Shown in pieces: positions 39,678 through 49,303 of a stretch of 64,000 nucleotides of DNA (positions within the stretch are counted from its first letter, which is position 1; each line of letters starts with the position of its first letter). The stretch spans positions 4,224,001 through 4,288,000 of the forward strand of contig OZ245742.1 in the NCBI GenBank assembly GCA_965227295.1, written 5' to 3'. The position numbers and the translations under genes are program-made. The notes under the pieces were generated by a model. The model did not search any database. It worked only from the letters and a program-made list of their open reading frames with translations, and was not told the origin of the DNA. The stretch is from Leptonemataceae bacterium (GTDB lineage: Bacteria > Spirochaetota > Leptospiria > Leptospirales > Leptonemataceae).

Positions 39678-40564
39678 TCGGTGTGCAGGCTCCGTTCGCA
39701 GCTCATTCTTTTAACATTATGGGCAAGATAGAACAACCCGGCGTCGGCTTGTGCGCCGGCAAGGCCCCGGGTTACATACCGGCGCCGCTTTTGATTGAAT
39801 TTGCCGTCTCCGAAAACGGTTTCCACAGCATGGCCCCGCATTCGTTGAAACTCACGACCCTGCGGGCTGTTAAGATTCTCTCGTGTGATGTTACGCAGCC
39901 TCTCCAGATTCGGACGCACGGTCAGCGTGCCGGAACTACCCGGCGTGCATTTCTGCCGTAACGGACACTGTATGCAATCCGGAGGCGCGCTGTACTCACG
40001 GCTGTGCTCCACATACCCCGTGCGACTCAGACGACTCTTCGTTCGCTGAAAAGGCAAACGTCCCCCGGCCGGGCAGGTATAGACGTCACTGAATTCATCA
40101 TACGAAAAACGGTTCAAGCGTACACGTTCTTCATTCCATTTTGGAGATCTTTCACGAGATGATGCCGTCTTTCATGCGCATCGGCCGGGCGTCATGATCC
40201 GTGCGCGAACAGCCATTGCGATTTTGCAGGATTTCCCGCTGTTTTTCGTACTTTTCGCGCCGGCGTTCTAACTCACGCGTTCTTCGGAGTTTTTTTTAGT
40301 GTCTGCGAGCATCATGCGCGGATCATACGCACTCGTGCCGCCGCCGCGATAGGCAGTGTAGAGTTCACTGAGGTCCATCCTGTCAATCAACTCGCTGACA
40401 ATCCGTGCCAGATGCCCCGGCTCCACGTAGTCTTCTGTACTCGGCGGGAAAAGATAACTCTCGTTTTGAACATACGGCTTGAACTTCTGCGCCCTGGGCT
40501 TCCGCGAGGCACCACTCAATTCGGTCGTTTCAGGGAAAAGTTCGTCTGCGTGCGGATCTGACAT
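39629..40564 (-). pseudogene. IS1182-family transposase in three disjoint fragments
   Basis: N-terminal FKPY..LFPPS..HLAR..AYDPRMML; middle SRTDHDARPMRMKDG (about 40160-40210); C-terminal YTCPAG..CIQCPLRQKC..VETVFGDGK..LAHNVKR. Confidence 0.85.
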
Positions 40565-40761
40565 GGGCAGAGCCTCAACCGGCCATCGCCCTTTTCCAGG
40601 AATTTTCGTTGTGTCAAGTCCGTATCCAGGACCTTTTTGGTCAGCCCCTGGCCTTCGGCCACCCTGCACATCCCTGGCGCGAAGAGTCGCGAAACGAACA
40701 CCTCTTGCGCCAGGGATCGAAAGGGTCGCGCCTTGCACTTAGATTCGGGTCGTGTTCGATC

Positions 40762-41718
40762 TCAGCGATCCAGGAACTCGTCCGGATCGATGGCTTTCCC
40801 GCCGCGGCGGATTTCGTAATGCAGGTGCGGGCCCGTGGAATGGCCGGTGGAACCCACCGTACCGATGCGATCCCCCGGTTTCACCAGAACGCCGGTTTTC
40901 ACGGCGATGCTGTCGAGGTGCGCGTAATACGTTTCGTAACCGGAAGTATGCTGGATGCGTACCAGATTGCCGTAGCCCCGGGACGAATGACGCACGTGAC
41001 TCACCAGGCCCTCACCGGAAGCGATGACCGGATCCCCGCGGCGGCCTTTCAGATCCACGCCGCGATGAAACTTTTTCGGAGAATCGCCGCCGGTGAAACC
41101 GAAGGGATTGCGCCGGTAACCGAAGCCGGAGTTGATCGTGCGGCGGGCGGTGAAGACCGGCCAGCGATGCGGTACCGTGCGAATGTGCAGGGCATAGACC
41201 AGGACGTAGCTGCGATGTTCGGCGAGAGCGTTCCGTAGCTCTTCCAGGCCCTGCTCGAAACGCAGTCGTTGCGACGCCGGCGCGCGCTCCGTTAATGTTT
41301 CTTCTTCGAACATTAGCGGCAGGTTCGCGGCATACTCCCGCGCGAAGAGGCGGGCGTTGATCTCCGCCTGGCGCTCACGCAGTTCGCTAAGGTTACGCTG
41401 TATGGATACGAACTCGCGCAGGAACGCTCGGCGGTCATGGCGGCGTAGTTCACCGGCGGCACCGGTACTTTCCAGGGCGGCCTGGAAGTCCTGTTCCGGC
41501 GCATAGGCGTAATCCGTGTGCAACAACAGCACCCCGGCGAAGATCGCGAGCGCGAAGCACACGAAAACGCTGCCGAAAACCAGCCAGCGCCCGCGCGTGC
41601 GACGTCCGGGAAGATCGATGCGCAGACATTGTTCCCCGCCCTCACGGTAAATGAGAACACAGCTACGTGCTTCGGCGGGACGGCCCGGGCGGCGTTTCTG
41701 TCGTACGCGGGTGTTCAT
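40762..41718 (-). CDS. Membrane-anchored M23 peptidase
   Basis: TM plus coiled coil; FHRGVD, YAHL, GSTGHSTGPHLHYE. Confidence 0.9.
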   Translation of the reverse strand: MNTRVRQKRRPGRPAEARSCVLIYREGGEQCLRIDLPGRRTRGRWLVFGSVFVCFALAIFAGVLLLHTDYAYAPEQDFQAALESTGAAGELRRHDRRAFLREFVSIQRNLSELRERQAEINARLFAREYAANLPLMFEEETLTERAPASQRLRFEQGLEELRNALAEHRSYVLVYALHIRTVPHRWPVFTARRTINSGFGYRRNPFGFTGGDSPKKFHRGVDLKGRRGDPVIASGEGLVSHVRHSSRGYGNLVRIQHTSGYETYYAHLDSIAVKTGVLVKPGDRIGTVGSTGHSTGPHLHYEIRRGGKAIDPDEFLDR

Positions 41719-41724
41719 CGTTCT

Positions 41725-41982
41725 TTATATTGGAAGCCACAGGTCCAGCCACAACCGCAGCATCAGCAGGGCGGAGACTCCGATCGCCTGTACTCCCAGG
41801 TACCAGTGACCCTGAATCCTCGGGCTGACCCTTCTGCTCAACCAGAGCGGTCCCAGTATCGGTATCGGCAGTGCGATCAGCGCGGGATAAGGCAGGATCG
41901 CCACAAAAAGCAGATACGCCAGCGCGATCTGGCTCAGGCCGGCATACAATAGCAGGAGCATCCGGGTCGCCAGGGCGAGCAT
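41725..41982 (-). CDS. Small hydrophobic membrane protein
   Basis: Fills the gap between co-directional genes almost exactly (9 and 6 bp spacers). Confidence 0.5.
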   Translation of the reverse strand: MLALATRMLLLLYAGLSQIALAYLLFVAILPYPALIALPIPILGPLWLSRRVSPRIQGHWYLGVQAIGVSALLMLRLWLDLWLPI

Positions 41983-41991
41983 CGGGATAAC

Positions 41992-42735
41992 TTATGCATC
42001 ATCCGGTTTACGGGGAAAGATCTTTTTCGGCCCCACTTCCTGGCCGTTCGCGTAGCGGGTCTCGTGGTACAGGCTGCCGTCCGCATGATAGTTCCGCAGC
42101 GGGCCGTCGAGAGCGCCCTTCGTATATCTTTCCTCGCGTTCCAGCGTACCGTCGGGGTAATAGTAACGCCATTGCCCGGCCGGCTGGTCCAGTTCGTAGC
42201 GGCCCTCGTAGGCCTTGTTGCCGTTGGGATGATAACGCACGACCGGGCCGTGCTGGTACCCCGAGTAGAACTCGCCGCGTTCTTCCAGGGAACCGTCGGG
42301 ATAATAACGCCGATACTCGCCGTTCTCGTTGCCGTAGTCCGTGGTGGCGATCAGGCCGAAAAACCGCCGCGGTTCCAGGGCGTAGTCGACGGTGAGATAC
42401 AGTCTACCGCGGCCGTCGTAGTACTTCCAGGTTCCGTCGCGCCAGTTCTGTACGTAGACCCCCTCGGACGTGATGCGCTCGCCGTCGTCCATGTACATCC
42501 GGAACTCGCCGTTGCGAAAGGCCCCCGCGAGCCCGCCCTGTGCGGCCACGTTGCCGTTATCGTAGAAGAGACGAAAGCCGGTATCCGGAGCGGCATGCTG
42601 CCACAGCCCGGTCATACGATCGCGCACGGCATCCTCGGGAACGCCCTCCGGCTTCGGAGGATGGTTGATGCGATCATCGCAATGCGAGAGCGCGAGGGCA
42701 GTTAGTATGATAATGGCTGTGGTTGAGGTTCGCAT
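41992..42735 (-). CDS. MORN-variant (YwqK-like) repeat lipoprotein
   Basis: LALSHC lipobox; repeated G.W.YY..G units. Confidence 0.85.
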   Translation of the reverse strand: MRTSTTAIIILTALALSHCDDRINHPPKPEGVPEDAVRDRMTGLWQHAAPDTGFRLFYDNGNVAAQGGLAGAFRNGEFRMYMDDGERITSEGVYVQNWRDGTWKYYDGRGRLYLTVDYALEPRRFFGLIATTDYGNENGEYRRYYPDGSLEERGEFYSGYQHGPVVRYHPNGNKAYEGRYELDQPAGQWRYYYPDGTLEREERYTKGALDGPLRNYHADGSLYHETRYANGQEVGPKKIFPRKPDDA

Positions 42736-42747
42736 AGGAATCTTTCG

Positions 42748-42861
42748 TACTTCGAGGGCCGAGGTACCGAGGTCAAAAACCGGGGAGCGTATGTAGCCCG
42801 GCTGCTGCCTGAGTTAAGATCATCCTCCCGAAGAAAACCTCGATCCCTCGGTCCTCGGAGT
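42748..42861. repeat. Inverted pair of tandem CCGAGG repeats (family C) around a unique spacer
   Basis: TACTTCGAGGGCCGAGGTACCGAGGT (42748-42773) and ACCTCGATCCCTCGGTCCTCGGAGT (42837-42861). Confidence 0.7.
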
Positions 42862-42875
42862 GGACGATCCTGTCC

Positions 42876-43802
42876 TCAGTTCACCCGGAATTCCCGGTTC
42901 GACAGTACGTTCTCTTCGCGGTCGAGGACGCGCAGTTCGTAGTTACCGGGGTCGAGCGGACCCATGAAGTAGATGTAGTTCACCGTCGTCGGCGTGCGGC
43001 GGCCCATGACGGCCTCTTCGCCGCCACCCGTGCGCACGATTTCGATTTTTAAGTAATCGGTAGCGAGTTCGCCCTCTTCCCAATCGAAGCGCACGTAAAC
43101 CGGAGCGCCGGAACTGACGAGGATGGGATCGCGGTCGGCGAAAGACTGCGCGTTGGCGTCGTCGATGTACTCGTTGGCAATGGCCAGGCGATACGTGGGC
43201 GCCGTGAGGTAACCGACGAGGGCGCTACCGCCCCACCACAGCAGTAGAACGAGCACGATGAGTCCGCCGATCCGGGCGATCATGCCCAGGCGGCCCGAAC
43301 CGCCTCCGCCGCCTCCGCCCTCGGTGTAGTCTTCGAGACGGATGTCGCTGCTGACGTTGTAGATGGAGTCTCTGGATTTCGGCATAGATCTGGATGATGA
43401 CGGCCGGGACGGCCGTTCCTCTGCGTAGCCTGTCTGTTGGCTTTCACGGCGCAACTCAATTTCGGAGGCCTGGCCCGCGTCGCTGTCCGCTTCGACCAGC
43501 GTCGCCCCGGACGGCTCCGGCGTTTCCGGCCGGCCCGCGTCGCCGTCCTCGTTCCCTGCGGGATCGGGCTCTCCTGCCGTAGTCTCCGATTCGTCGACCG
43601 GTGCGGCCTGCCCTTCTGCCGGAGCTTCCGTCTCCGGCGGCGATTGTTTCTCGTCGGAGTCCCGGGCCAGGCTCTCCATGAATCCGCGCATATCGGCCGG
43701 GCGCTCCTCTTCGGGAGCTCGCTCTTTGCCGCCGATGGTCTCATCGATGTGATCCTTCGCGGCTTTCTTTAGTTTGCTGAATTTATCGCGCTTCGACGCC
43801 AC
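42876..43802 (-). CDS. Bitopic membrane protein coupled to parA: basic N-terminus, acidic linker, TM helix, Ig-like domain
   Basis: GTG at 43802 after GGAGGA, overlapping the parA 3' end; TM IGGLIVLVLLLWWGG; PGNYELRV..REFRV. Confidence 0.75.
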   Translation of the reverse strand: MASKRDKFSKLKKAAKDHIDETIGGKERAPEEERPADMRGFMESLARDSDEKQSPPETEAPAEGQAAPVDESETTAGEPDPAGNEDGDAGRPETPEPSGATLVEADSDAGQASEIELRRESQQTGYAEERPSRPSSSRSMPKSRDSIYNVSSDIRLEDYTEGGGGGGGSGRLGMIARIGGLIVLVLLLWWGGSALVGYLTAPTYRLAIANEYIDDANAQSFADRDPILVSSGAPVYVRFDWEEGELATDYLKIEIVRTGGGEEAVMGRRTPTTVNYIYFMGPLDPGNYELRVLDREENVLSNREFRVN

Positions 43803-44562
43803 TGATGACTTCCTCCGTAAACGCCGCGTACTCCGTCGCGGCCTTCGACCGCGGCTGGTACTCGAAGATGGTTTGATGCATGAGATGCGACTCTTCGATG
43901 GCCACCGTTCGGCTGATGCGCGTTGCAAATACGTTGATGTACTCGCCGATGGGTTCCGCCACCGCCTGGGAGATGGCCGTGCGCGCGTTGTGCATGGTGA
44001 TGAGTGCGCCCAGGATTTGCAACTCCGGATTAAAGCGCTTCTGGATGGTATGCGAGGTATCGAGGATGGTCTTGAGGCCGTCCAGGGAAAACTTGGCCGT
44101 CTGCAACGGCACCACGAGATGACTCGCCGCAACGAACGAGTTCACCGTGAGCAGGCCGAGGTTCGGCGGGCAGTCCACGACAATGACGTCGAACTGCGGG
44201 GCGGACGGTTCGTTCAGGGAGTCCAGGGAATCTTTTAATCGGAAGAAGCCGTCCACCGTGCCGGCCAGCAACGTTTCGACATCGGCCAGTTGGACGAGGG
44301 CCGGCAGGATGCCCAGGCCGTCAATGCGCGTGGGCTGCACGATCTCCGCGGCGGGTTTTTTGTCCTTGAAGGCGGCGTAAACGGACTGCTGGTCGCCGGG
44401 TTTTTCTTCTAAGAAAATGGACGTGGTATTCGCCTGGGCGTCCAGGTCCACGATGAGCACGCGTTTGCCCCGGCGCACCAGGCCCGCGGACAGATTGATG
44501 GCCGTCGTCGTTTTACCGACGCCGCCCTTTTGATTGGCGATGCATATGACGGATTCAGGCAT
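43783..44562 (-). CDS. ParA/Soj-family ATPase (orphan, no adjacent parB)
   Basis: IANQKGGVGKTTT, VDLDAQAN, DCPPNLG. Confidence 0.95.
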   Translation of the reverse strand: MPESVICIANQKGGVGKTTTAINLSAGLVRRGKRVLIVDLDAQANTTSIFLEEKPGDQQSVYAAFKDKKPAAEIVQPTRIDGLGILPALVQLADVETLLAGTVDGFFRLKDSLDSLNEPSAPQFDVIVVDCPPNLGLLTVNSFVAASHLVVPLQTAKFSLDGLKTILDTSHTIQKRFNPELQILGALITMHNARTAISQAVAEPIGEYINVFATRISRTVAIEESHLMHQTIFEYQPRSKAATEYAAFTEEVISGVEAR

Positions 44563-44605
44563 TTTCCTGCTTGATCGGAGCCACTGTGCGCGGTTTCCGT
44601 GTTGT

Positions 44606-46057
44606 GTGGCCTACGAACCTGTAATCGGACTGGAAGTACACTGTCAGCTAAAAACGCGCTCGAAGATATTCGCGCCCGACCCGTACGAGTACGGCGCGCC
44701 GGCGAATACCCAGGCGGGGCCGATCACCCTCGGACTGCCCGGTGTGTTGCCCGTGCTGAACGAAGAAGTGCTGCGCCTGGCCATCATGGCGGGCCTGGCG
44801 CTACAGTGCAAGATTCATAACATCACGAAGTTCGACCGGAAGCACTATTTTTACCCCGACCTGCCCAAGGGCTATCAAATCTCCCAGTACGATATGCCCT
44901 ACTGTACCGACGGCCAGGTGTCGTTCCGCAAGAAGGATGCGAGCGAGGACACTCTCGTTCGCGTGCATCGCATTCACATGGAAGAGGACGCCGGCAAACT
45001 GTTGCACTCTTATTCGGGTGGTTCGCCGGCTTCGTACGTGGACCTGAACCGTGCCGGCGTGCCGCTCCTGGAAATCGTCAGCGAACCGGACCTGCGCAGT
45101 TCGGAGGATGCCTATTGGTACTTACAAACCCTGCGCAGCATTTTGAGAAACATCGAGGTGACCGACGGCAACATGGAAGAAGGCTCGCTGCGCTGCGATG
45201 CCAACGTCTCCGTGCGGCCGGGGCCGGATGCTCCGTTCGGCACGCGCGTGGAAATCAAGAACCTGAACTCGTTCAAAGCCGTGCGCGCCGCCATCGATTA
45301 CGAGATCGCACGGCAGTCGTCGGTCCTGGACAGCGGTGGTAAAATCATCCAGTCGACGGTGCTGTGGGACGCGGACAAACGCGAGACGCGGCTCATGCGT
45401 ACGAAAGAAGACGCCGAGGACTACCGCTACTTCCCGGAACCGGACCTGCCCCCGTTTTACATTGCGAACGAACTCATCGACGAGGTTCGTGACAACATGC
45501 CGGAACTCCCGGCGGCCAAGCGCGAACGCTACCGCACCGAGTTCGGCCTGCCCGAGTACGACGCGGACGTGTTGTCCCGGGAACGCGAGACCGCCGACTT
45601 CTTCGAAGAGGTCTGCAGCCTTTCCGGCGATCCGAAGAAATCGTCGAACTGGGTGAAGGACGAGGTGCTCGGCGTACTGAACAAAAACGATCTCACGTTC
45701 GCGGACTTTCCGGTTACTGCAAAGCGTCTGGGGCGGCTGATTGTTCTTTTGAACGAAGGCAAGATCACCAGTCGCCTGGCGAAGCAAATCTTCGAACATA
45801 TTTATGAAGAAAACCTCGATCCGGATGCCGTCATCGAGAAGTACAACTACAAGCCGGTGGATTCCTCGTCCCTGCCGAAGATCGTCGCCGAAGTCATCGA
45901 AGCGAACCCCGATCCGGTGCAGAAGATCCTGGGCGGCAACGACCGCGTCAAAGGCTTCCTGGTCGGTCAGATAATGAAAGCCACGCGCGGCCAGGCACGC
46001 CCGGACGAGGTGAACGCAATGATAGATGAGAAGCTCGCAGAACTGAAGAACGGCTAA
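44606..46057 (+). CDS. gatB: Asp-tRNA(Asn)/Glu-tRNA(Gln) amidotransferase subunit B
   Basis: IGLEVH, FDRKHYFYPDLPKGYQISQ, EEDAGK, DYRYFPEPDLP. Confidence 0.97.
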   Translation: MAYEPVIGLEVHCQLKTRSKIFAPDPYEYGAPANTQAGPITLGLPGVLPVLNEEVLRLAIMAGLALQCKIHNITKFDRKHYFYPDLPKGYQISQYDMPYCTDGQVSFRKKDASEDTLVRVHRIHMEEDAGKLLHSYSGGSPASYVDLNRAGVPLLEIVSEPDLRSSEDAYWYLQTLRSILRNIEVTDGNMEEGSLRCDANVSVRPGPDAPFGTRVEIKNLNSFKAVRAAIDYEIARQSSVLDSGGKIIQSTVLWDADKRETRLMRTKEDAEDYRYFPEPDLPPFYIANELIDEVRDNMPELPAAKRERYRTEFGLPEYDADVLSRERETADFFEEVCSLSGDPKKSSNWVKDEVLGVLNKNDLTFADFPVTAKRLGRLIVLLNEGKITSRLAKQIFEHIYEENLDPDAVIEKYNYKPVDSSSLPKIVAEVIEANPDPVQKILGGNDRVKGFLVGQIMKATRGQARPDEVNAMIDEKLAELKNG

Positions 46058-46248
46058 TCCGCGCGTTGCGGAAAACAAGCCGTCGGTTCAGTATGGATCC
46101 GGACGTGTCCAGGGCCACTCCGCGTTCTTGCCCGCTGGTTAAACATAGTGGACATCGCCGCGCGCCATCCTATCATCGCATTTCGATCAACTTTTTTTAG
46201 AACCTGTTCGGATCGTTTTCGGTCCAACGACGCGGGGGATTCACTCAC

Positions 46249-47928
46249 ATGAGATTACGCTATCTACGCAGAAAGGCCGGGGCCGCACTACTTGCCGGAG
46301 TCGTCGCATTCAGCGGCACGAACTGTACCGGAGGTGGCGGAGACGACGGCTTCGACTTCACCACACTGTTCCTGTTGCTCTTCGCCCAGGCCGCCATCAC
46401 GAACGCGGCGGCCAACTCCACCTGCAATACGATCAGCGATACGTTCTACACGCAGCAGTGGCACCTCAGCAACACCGGCCAGCTCGGCGGCACGTCGGGC
46501 GAAGACGCCAACGTCACGTCCGTCTGGAATTCCGGCCTGTGCGGTAGCGGCGTGGCCATGGCCGTGGTGGACGACGGTCTGGCCATCTCCCACCCGGACC
46601 TGAGCCCGAACGTCACGGCCGGCGCAAGCTACGATTACACCACCGGCGACTCGGATCCCAGTTCTTCGAGCGGGAATCACGGCACCTCCGTGGGGGGCAT
46701 CATGGCGGCACGCTCGAATTCTTTCGGCGTACGCGGCGCCTCGCCCCTCGCCTCGTTGCGCGGTTACAACTATCTGCAAAACGCCACGTCGGCGAACGAG
46801 TCCGACGCCATGACCCGCGACGTCGCAAACGTTCACATCTCCAACAACTCCTGGGGACCGGCGGACCTCTCCGGTAAACTCTCGGACTCCACATCCACCT
46901 GGCGCTCCGCCATCGAAACCGGTCTCAGCACCGGGCGCAGCGGTCTGGGCACGCTCTACTTCTGGGCCGCCGGCAACGGCGATACCAGCGGCAACTTTTC
47001 CGGCATCGATACGGCGAACTTCGACGGTTACGCCAACTACCACGGCGTCATGGCCATCTGCGCCGTCGGCGACGACGGCAAGCGCGCTTCGTACTCGGAG
47101 CAAGGGGCCAACCTGTTGGTCTGTGCCCACTCCCAGGGCACGAGCGGAACGGCCATCGCCACCACCGACAACATCGGCTCCCTCGGTTACAATAGCGGCA
47201 GCAGCTCCAGCAACCTTTCTGACGACGACTACACGAACACCTTTAACGGAACGTCCGCGGCCGCGCCCCTGGCGGCGGGTGTAGCCGGTCTCGTCCTGCA
47301 GGCGAATCCGAACCTCACGTACCGCGATGTGCGCATTATCCTCGCCCAATCGGCGCGAAAGAACGACGCGAGCGATTCGGACTGGGCCACCAACGGCGCG
47401 GGCCTGAACATCAACCACAAGTACGGCTTCGGCACCGTGGACGCGAACGCGGCGGTAACGCTCGCGCGTTCCTGGACGAACGTGGCCTCGCAGGAAACGT
47501 TTACGACGGGCACCAGTTCTCCCAGCGCAACCATCACGGACGGCAGCGCCACCGGGGTAACGAACAACATCGTCGTGAGCGGCAGCAACATTTCGAAGAT
47601 CGAGTTCATCGACGTGAATGTTACGTTCAACCACAACTACTACCGGGACCTGGAAATGATTCTCACCTCTCCGGCCGGCACCACCAGCATCATCCTGAAA
47701 CGCGGCACGACCAGCGGCGCCGCCGACGGTGTCTGCGTGAACCTCAGCTCGTTTACCATCGAACCGAACGGCAACTGCTCGGTGAACACGACCTGGCGTT
47801 TCGGCACCACGCGCCACATGATGGAATCCGCGGACGGCACCTGGTCGCTCCAGGTGCGTGACCAGGGCGCGCGGGGTACCGCAAACGGCACCTTCACCTC
47901 GTGGAACATGAAGTTCTACGGATACTAA
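46249..47928 (+). CDS. Kexin/furin-like S8 serine protease with P domain, probable lipoprotein
   Basis: VVDDG, HGTSVGG, GTSAAAP triad; SNNSWG, YGFG; C-terminal P domain. Confidence 0.93.
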   Translation: MRLRYLRRKAGAALLAGVVAFSGTNCTGGGGDDGFDFTTLFLLLFAQAAITNAAANSTCNTISDTFYTQQWHLSNTGQLGGTSGEDANVTSVWNSGLCGSGVAMAVVDDGLAISHPDLSPNVTAGASYDYTTGDSDPSSSSGNHGTSVGGIMAARSNSFGVRGASPLASLRGYNYLQNATSANESDAMTRDVANVHISNNSWGPADLSGKLSDSTSTWRSAIETGLSTGRSGLGTLYFWAAGNGDTSGNFSGIDTANFDGYANYHGVMAICAVGDDGKRASYSEQGANLLVCAHSQGTSGTAIATTDNIGSLGYNSGSSSSNLSDDDYTNTFNGTSAAAPLAAGVAGLVLQANPNLTYRDVRIILAQSARKNDASDSDWATNGAGLNINHKYGFGTVDANAAVTLARSWTNVASQETFTTGTSSPSATITDGSATGVTNNIVVSGSNISKIEFIDVNVTFNHNYYRDLEMILTSPAGTTSIILKRGTTSGAADGVCVNLSSFTIEPNGNCSVNTTWRFGTTRHMMESADGTWSLQVRDQGARGTANGTFTSWNMKFYGY

Positions 47929-47955
47929 TCTGAGATTCTCAGGAGTTAAGCCATT

Positions 47956-48522
47956 ATGAAACGCAACATCACTCTGAAAATTGCTACGGCGGCCCTGGCC
48001 GCGCTCTTTTTCGTTCCGGCCGTCTTTGCCGAGGACGCAAGCTATACCTGGTACGACGGCGACAAGGCCGTTACGGTCACGCTCCAGGACGATCTCGTCG
48101 CCGAATTCGGCGATTCCGGTGCGGCAAAATCGAAGGACGCGGCGGCACAGATCGTCGGCTTCGCCGGCGGCGTCCGCATCTATCGCGTGAGCGATTCCGG
48201 CGTGCTCGGCAACATCGCGGCGGGCAAGTCCCTGGGAAGCACCACGCTGTCGCCGGTCTTTACGACGAACGCGGGTGAACGCCTGGCCCTGCCCGGCGGC
48301 GTCATCGTTTCGCTGGATCCGGCCTGGTCTCCGGCTCAGTGCGAGGCCTGGGTCAACGACCAGGGACAACTGGTAAAACAAAGACTGCCGATCACCGGTA
48401 ATTTTTACCTGATTTCTTCGGAAGCCGGCTTCGCCAGCCTGGAACTGGCGAACAGCCTGCGCGGCGAAGCGGGTGTCCTGGCCGCGTCTCCGAACTGGTG
48501 GCGCGACGTTCGGGCGAAGTAA
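47956..48522 (+). CDS. Exported protein, candidate external chaperone or prodomain for the S8 protease
   Basis: Signal peptide; LSPVF..LALPGGVIV..SLELANSL..ASPNWW; co-directional, 27 bp downstream of the protease. Confidence 0.7.
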   Translation: MKRNITLKIATAALAALFFVPAVFAEDASYTWYDGDKAVTVTLQDDLVAEFGDSGAAKSKDAAAQIVGFAGGVRIYRVSDSGVLGNIAAGKSLGSTTLSPVFTTNAGERLALPGGVIVSLDPAWSPAQCEAWVNDQGQLVKQRLPITGNFYLISSEAGFASLELANSLRGEAGVLAASPNWWRDVRAK

Positions 48523-48528
48523 AAAGTA

Positions 48529-48557
48529 AGCCCCCTGGTTTCGGGGCTCTTCTTCTT
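48529..48557 (+). terminator. Probable terminator
   Basis: AGCCCC..GGGGCT hairpin followed by a pyrimidine run. Confidence 0.5.
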
Positions 48558-48801
48558 CGCGCGAGGGATGCGCAGGGGCCCGCCGGGGGCTGACTAAAAA
48601 GTCGTGGGTGACGACGTCGCTATCAAAAAGTGATGCCTGCTAACTTGCAGCTCTTCGCGCCAGGGATTGGAAGGGTCGCGGCGCAGCCGCGAGTCCGGAG
48701 CGCAGCGGAGGACCGAAGCGCGGAGCGCTCCAGACTGGCGCTTCGCGCCAAACTCGCGCCCACATTCTTAACACACAATAATTTTCACTTAGATTCGGGT
48801 C
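48554..48801. repeat. Composite repeat: family A head, solo IS1182 end and a family A copy
   Basis: TCTTCGCGCGAGGGAT, GGGGCTGACTAAAAAG (48586), CTCTTCGCGCCAGGGAT (48651), CACTTAGATTCGGGTC (also at 40736). Confidence 0.7.
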
Positions 48802-48810
48802 TTACTCGCA

Positions 48811-49284
48811 CTACCCCATCTCCGCCAACGCATACTTGTATTTCCCCTGCGCCGCCCGCTTCCCGGCCTCGTTGAAAAAATCGCACACGAAGTCGAGGAT
48901 CTGCCCGTCACGCTTCACCAGGAGGGCCTTTGCCGTCACCGTTTCCATCTTTACCGGACGCAGGTACCGCACGGAGGCGTTCACCGTAAGCATGCGCTCG
49001 CTTTCTTTCTCCACGTGGAACAAACACATGATCGCCGTCAGGGTATCGCCCACCGTAAAGTAACAACCGCCGTGCATGAAGCCGTGCAACGCACGGTTGC
49101 CCTGCGATGACGGGATGCGCGCCTCGGCCGCATCGCCGCTCAGTTGCGTCATCTCCATGCCCGTCGCGGCCGGGAAGCACTGGTCGATGAGGTGCTGGGC
49201 GCGTTCTTCGAAGCTCCCGTCGCTCCTCAGGGTGAACATTTCTTTCGGTACAATGTGCTGGATCAATTCGTCGACGTTCGGCAT
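48811..49284 (-). CDS. PaaI-family thioesterase
   Basis: NRALHGFMHGG..D, VRYLRP hotdog motifs. Confidence 0.88.
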   Translation of the reverse strand: MPNVDELIQHIVPKEMFTLRSDGSFEERAQHLIDQCFPAATGMEMTQLSGDAAEARIPSSQGNRALHGFMHGGCYFTVGDTLTAIMCLFHVEKESERMLTVNASVRYLRPVKMETVTAKALLVKRDGQILDFVCDFFNEAGKRAAQGKYKYALAEMG

Positions 49285-49303
49285 GGTTTGCTCCGGGTCC
49301 AAA

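Larger units (their letters stand above)
39503..40648 (-). mobile_element. IS1182-family insertion sequence, internally deleted
   Basis: 16-bp terminal IRs GGGGCTGACTAAAAAG (39503) and CTTTTTGGTCAGCCCC (40633), 15/16 identical; transposase fragments lie between them. Confidence 0.85.

Noticed and set aside
41992..42735. YwqK antitoxin of a toxin-antitoxin pair
   Set aside because: It is a MORN-repeat lipoprotein with no adjacent toxin gene.
4939..42861. CRISPR interpretation of the CCGAGG and REP repeats
   Set aside because: No regularly spaced direct repeats with spacers and no cas genes.
43803..44132. 5' extension of the ParA partner ORF
   Set aside because: Lies inside parA; an RBS supports the GTG at 43802.
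46288..48381. 697-aa minus-strand ORF
   Set aside because: Antisense shadow of the S8 protease and its partner; expected from high-GC codon bias, with no motifs.
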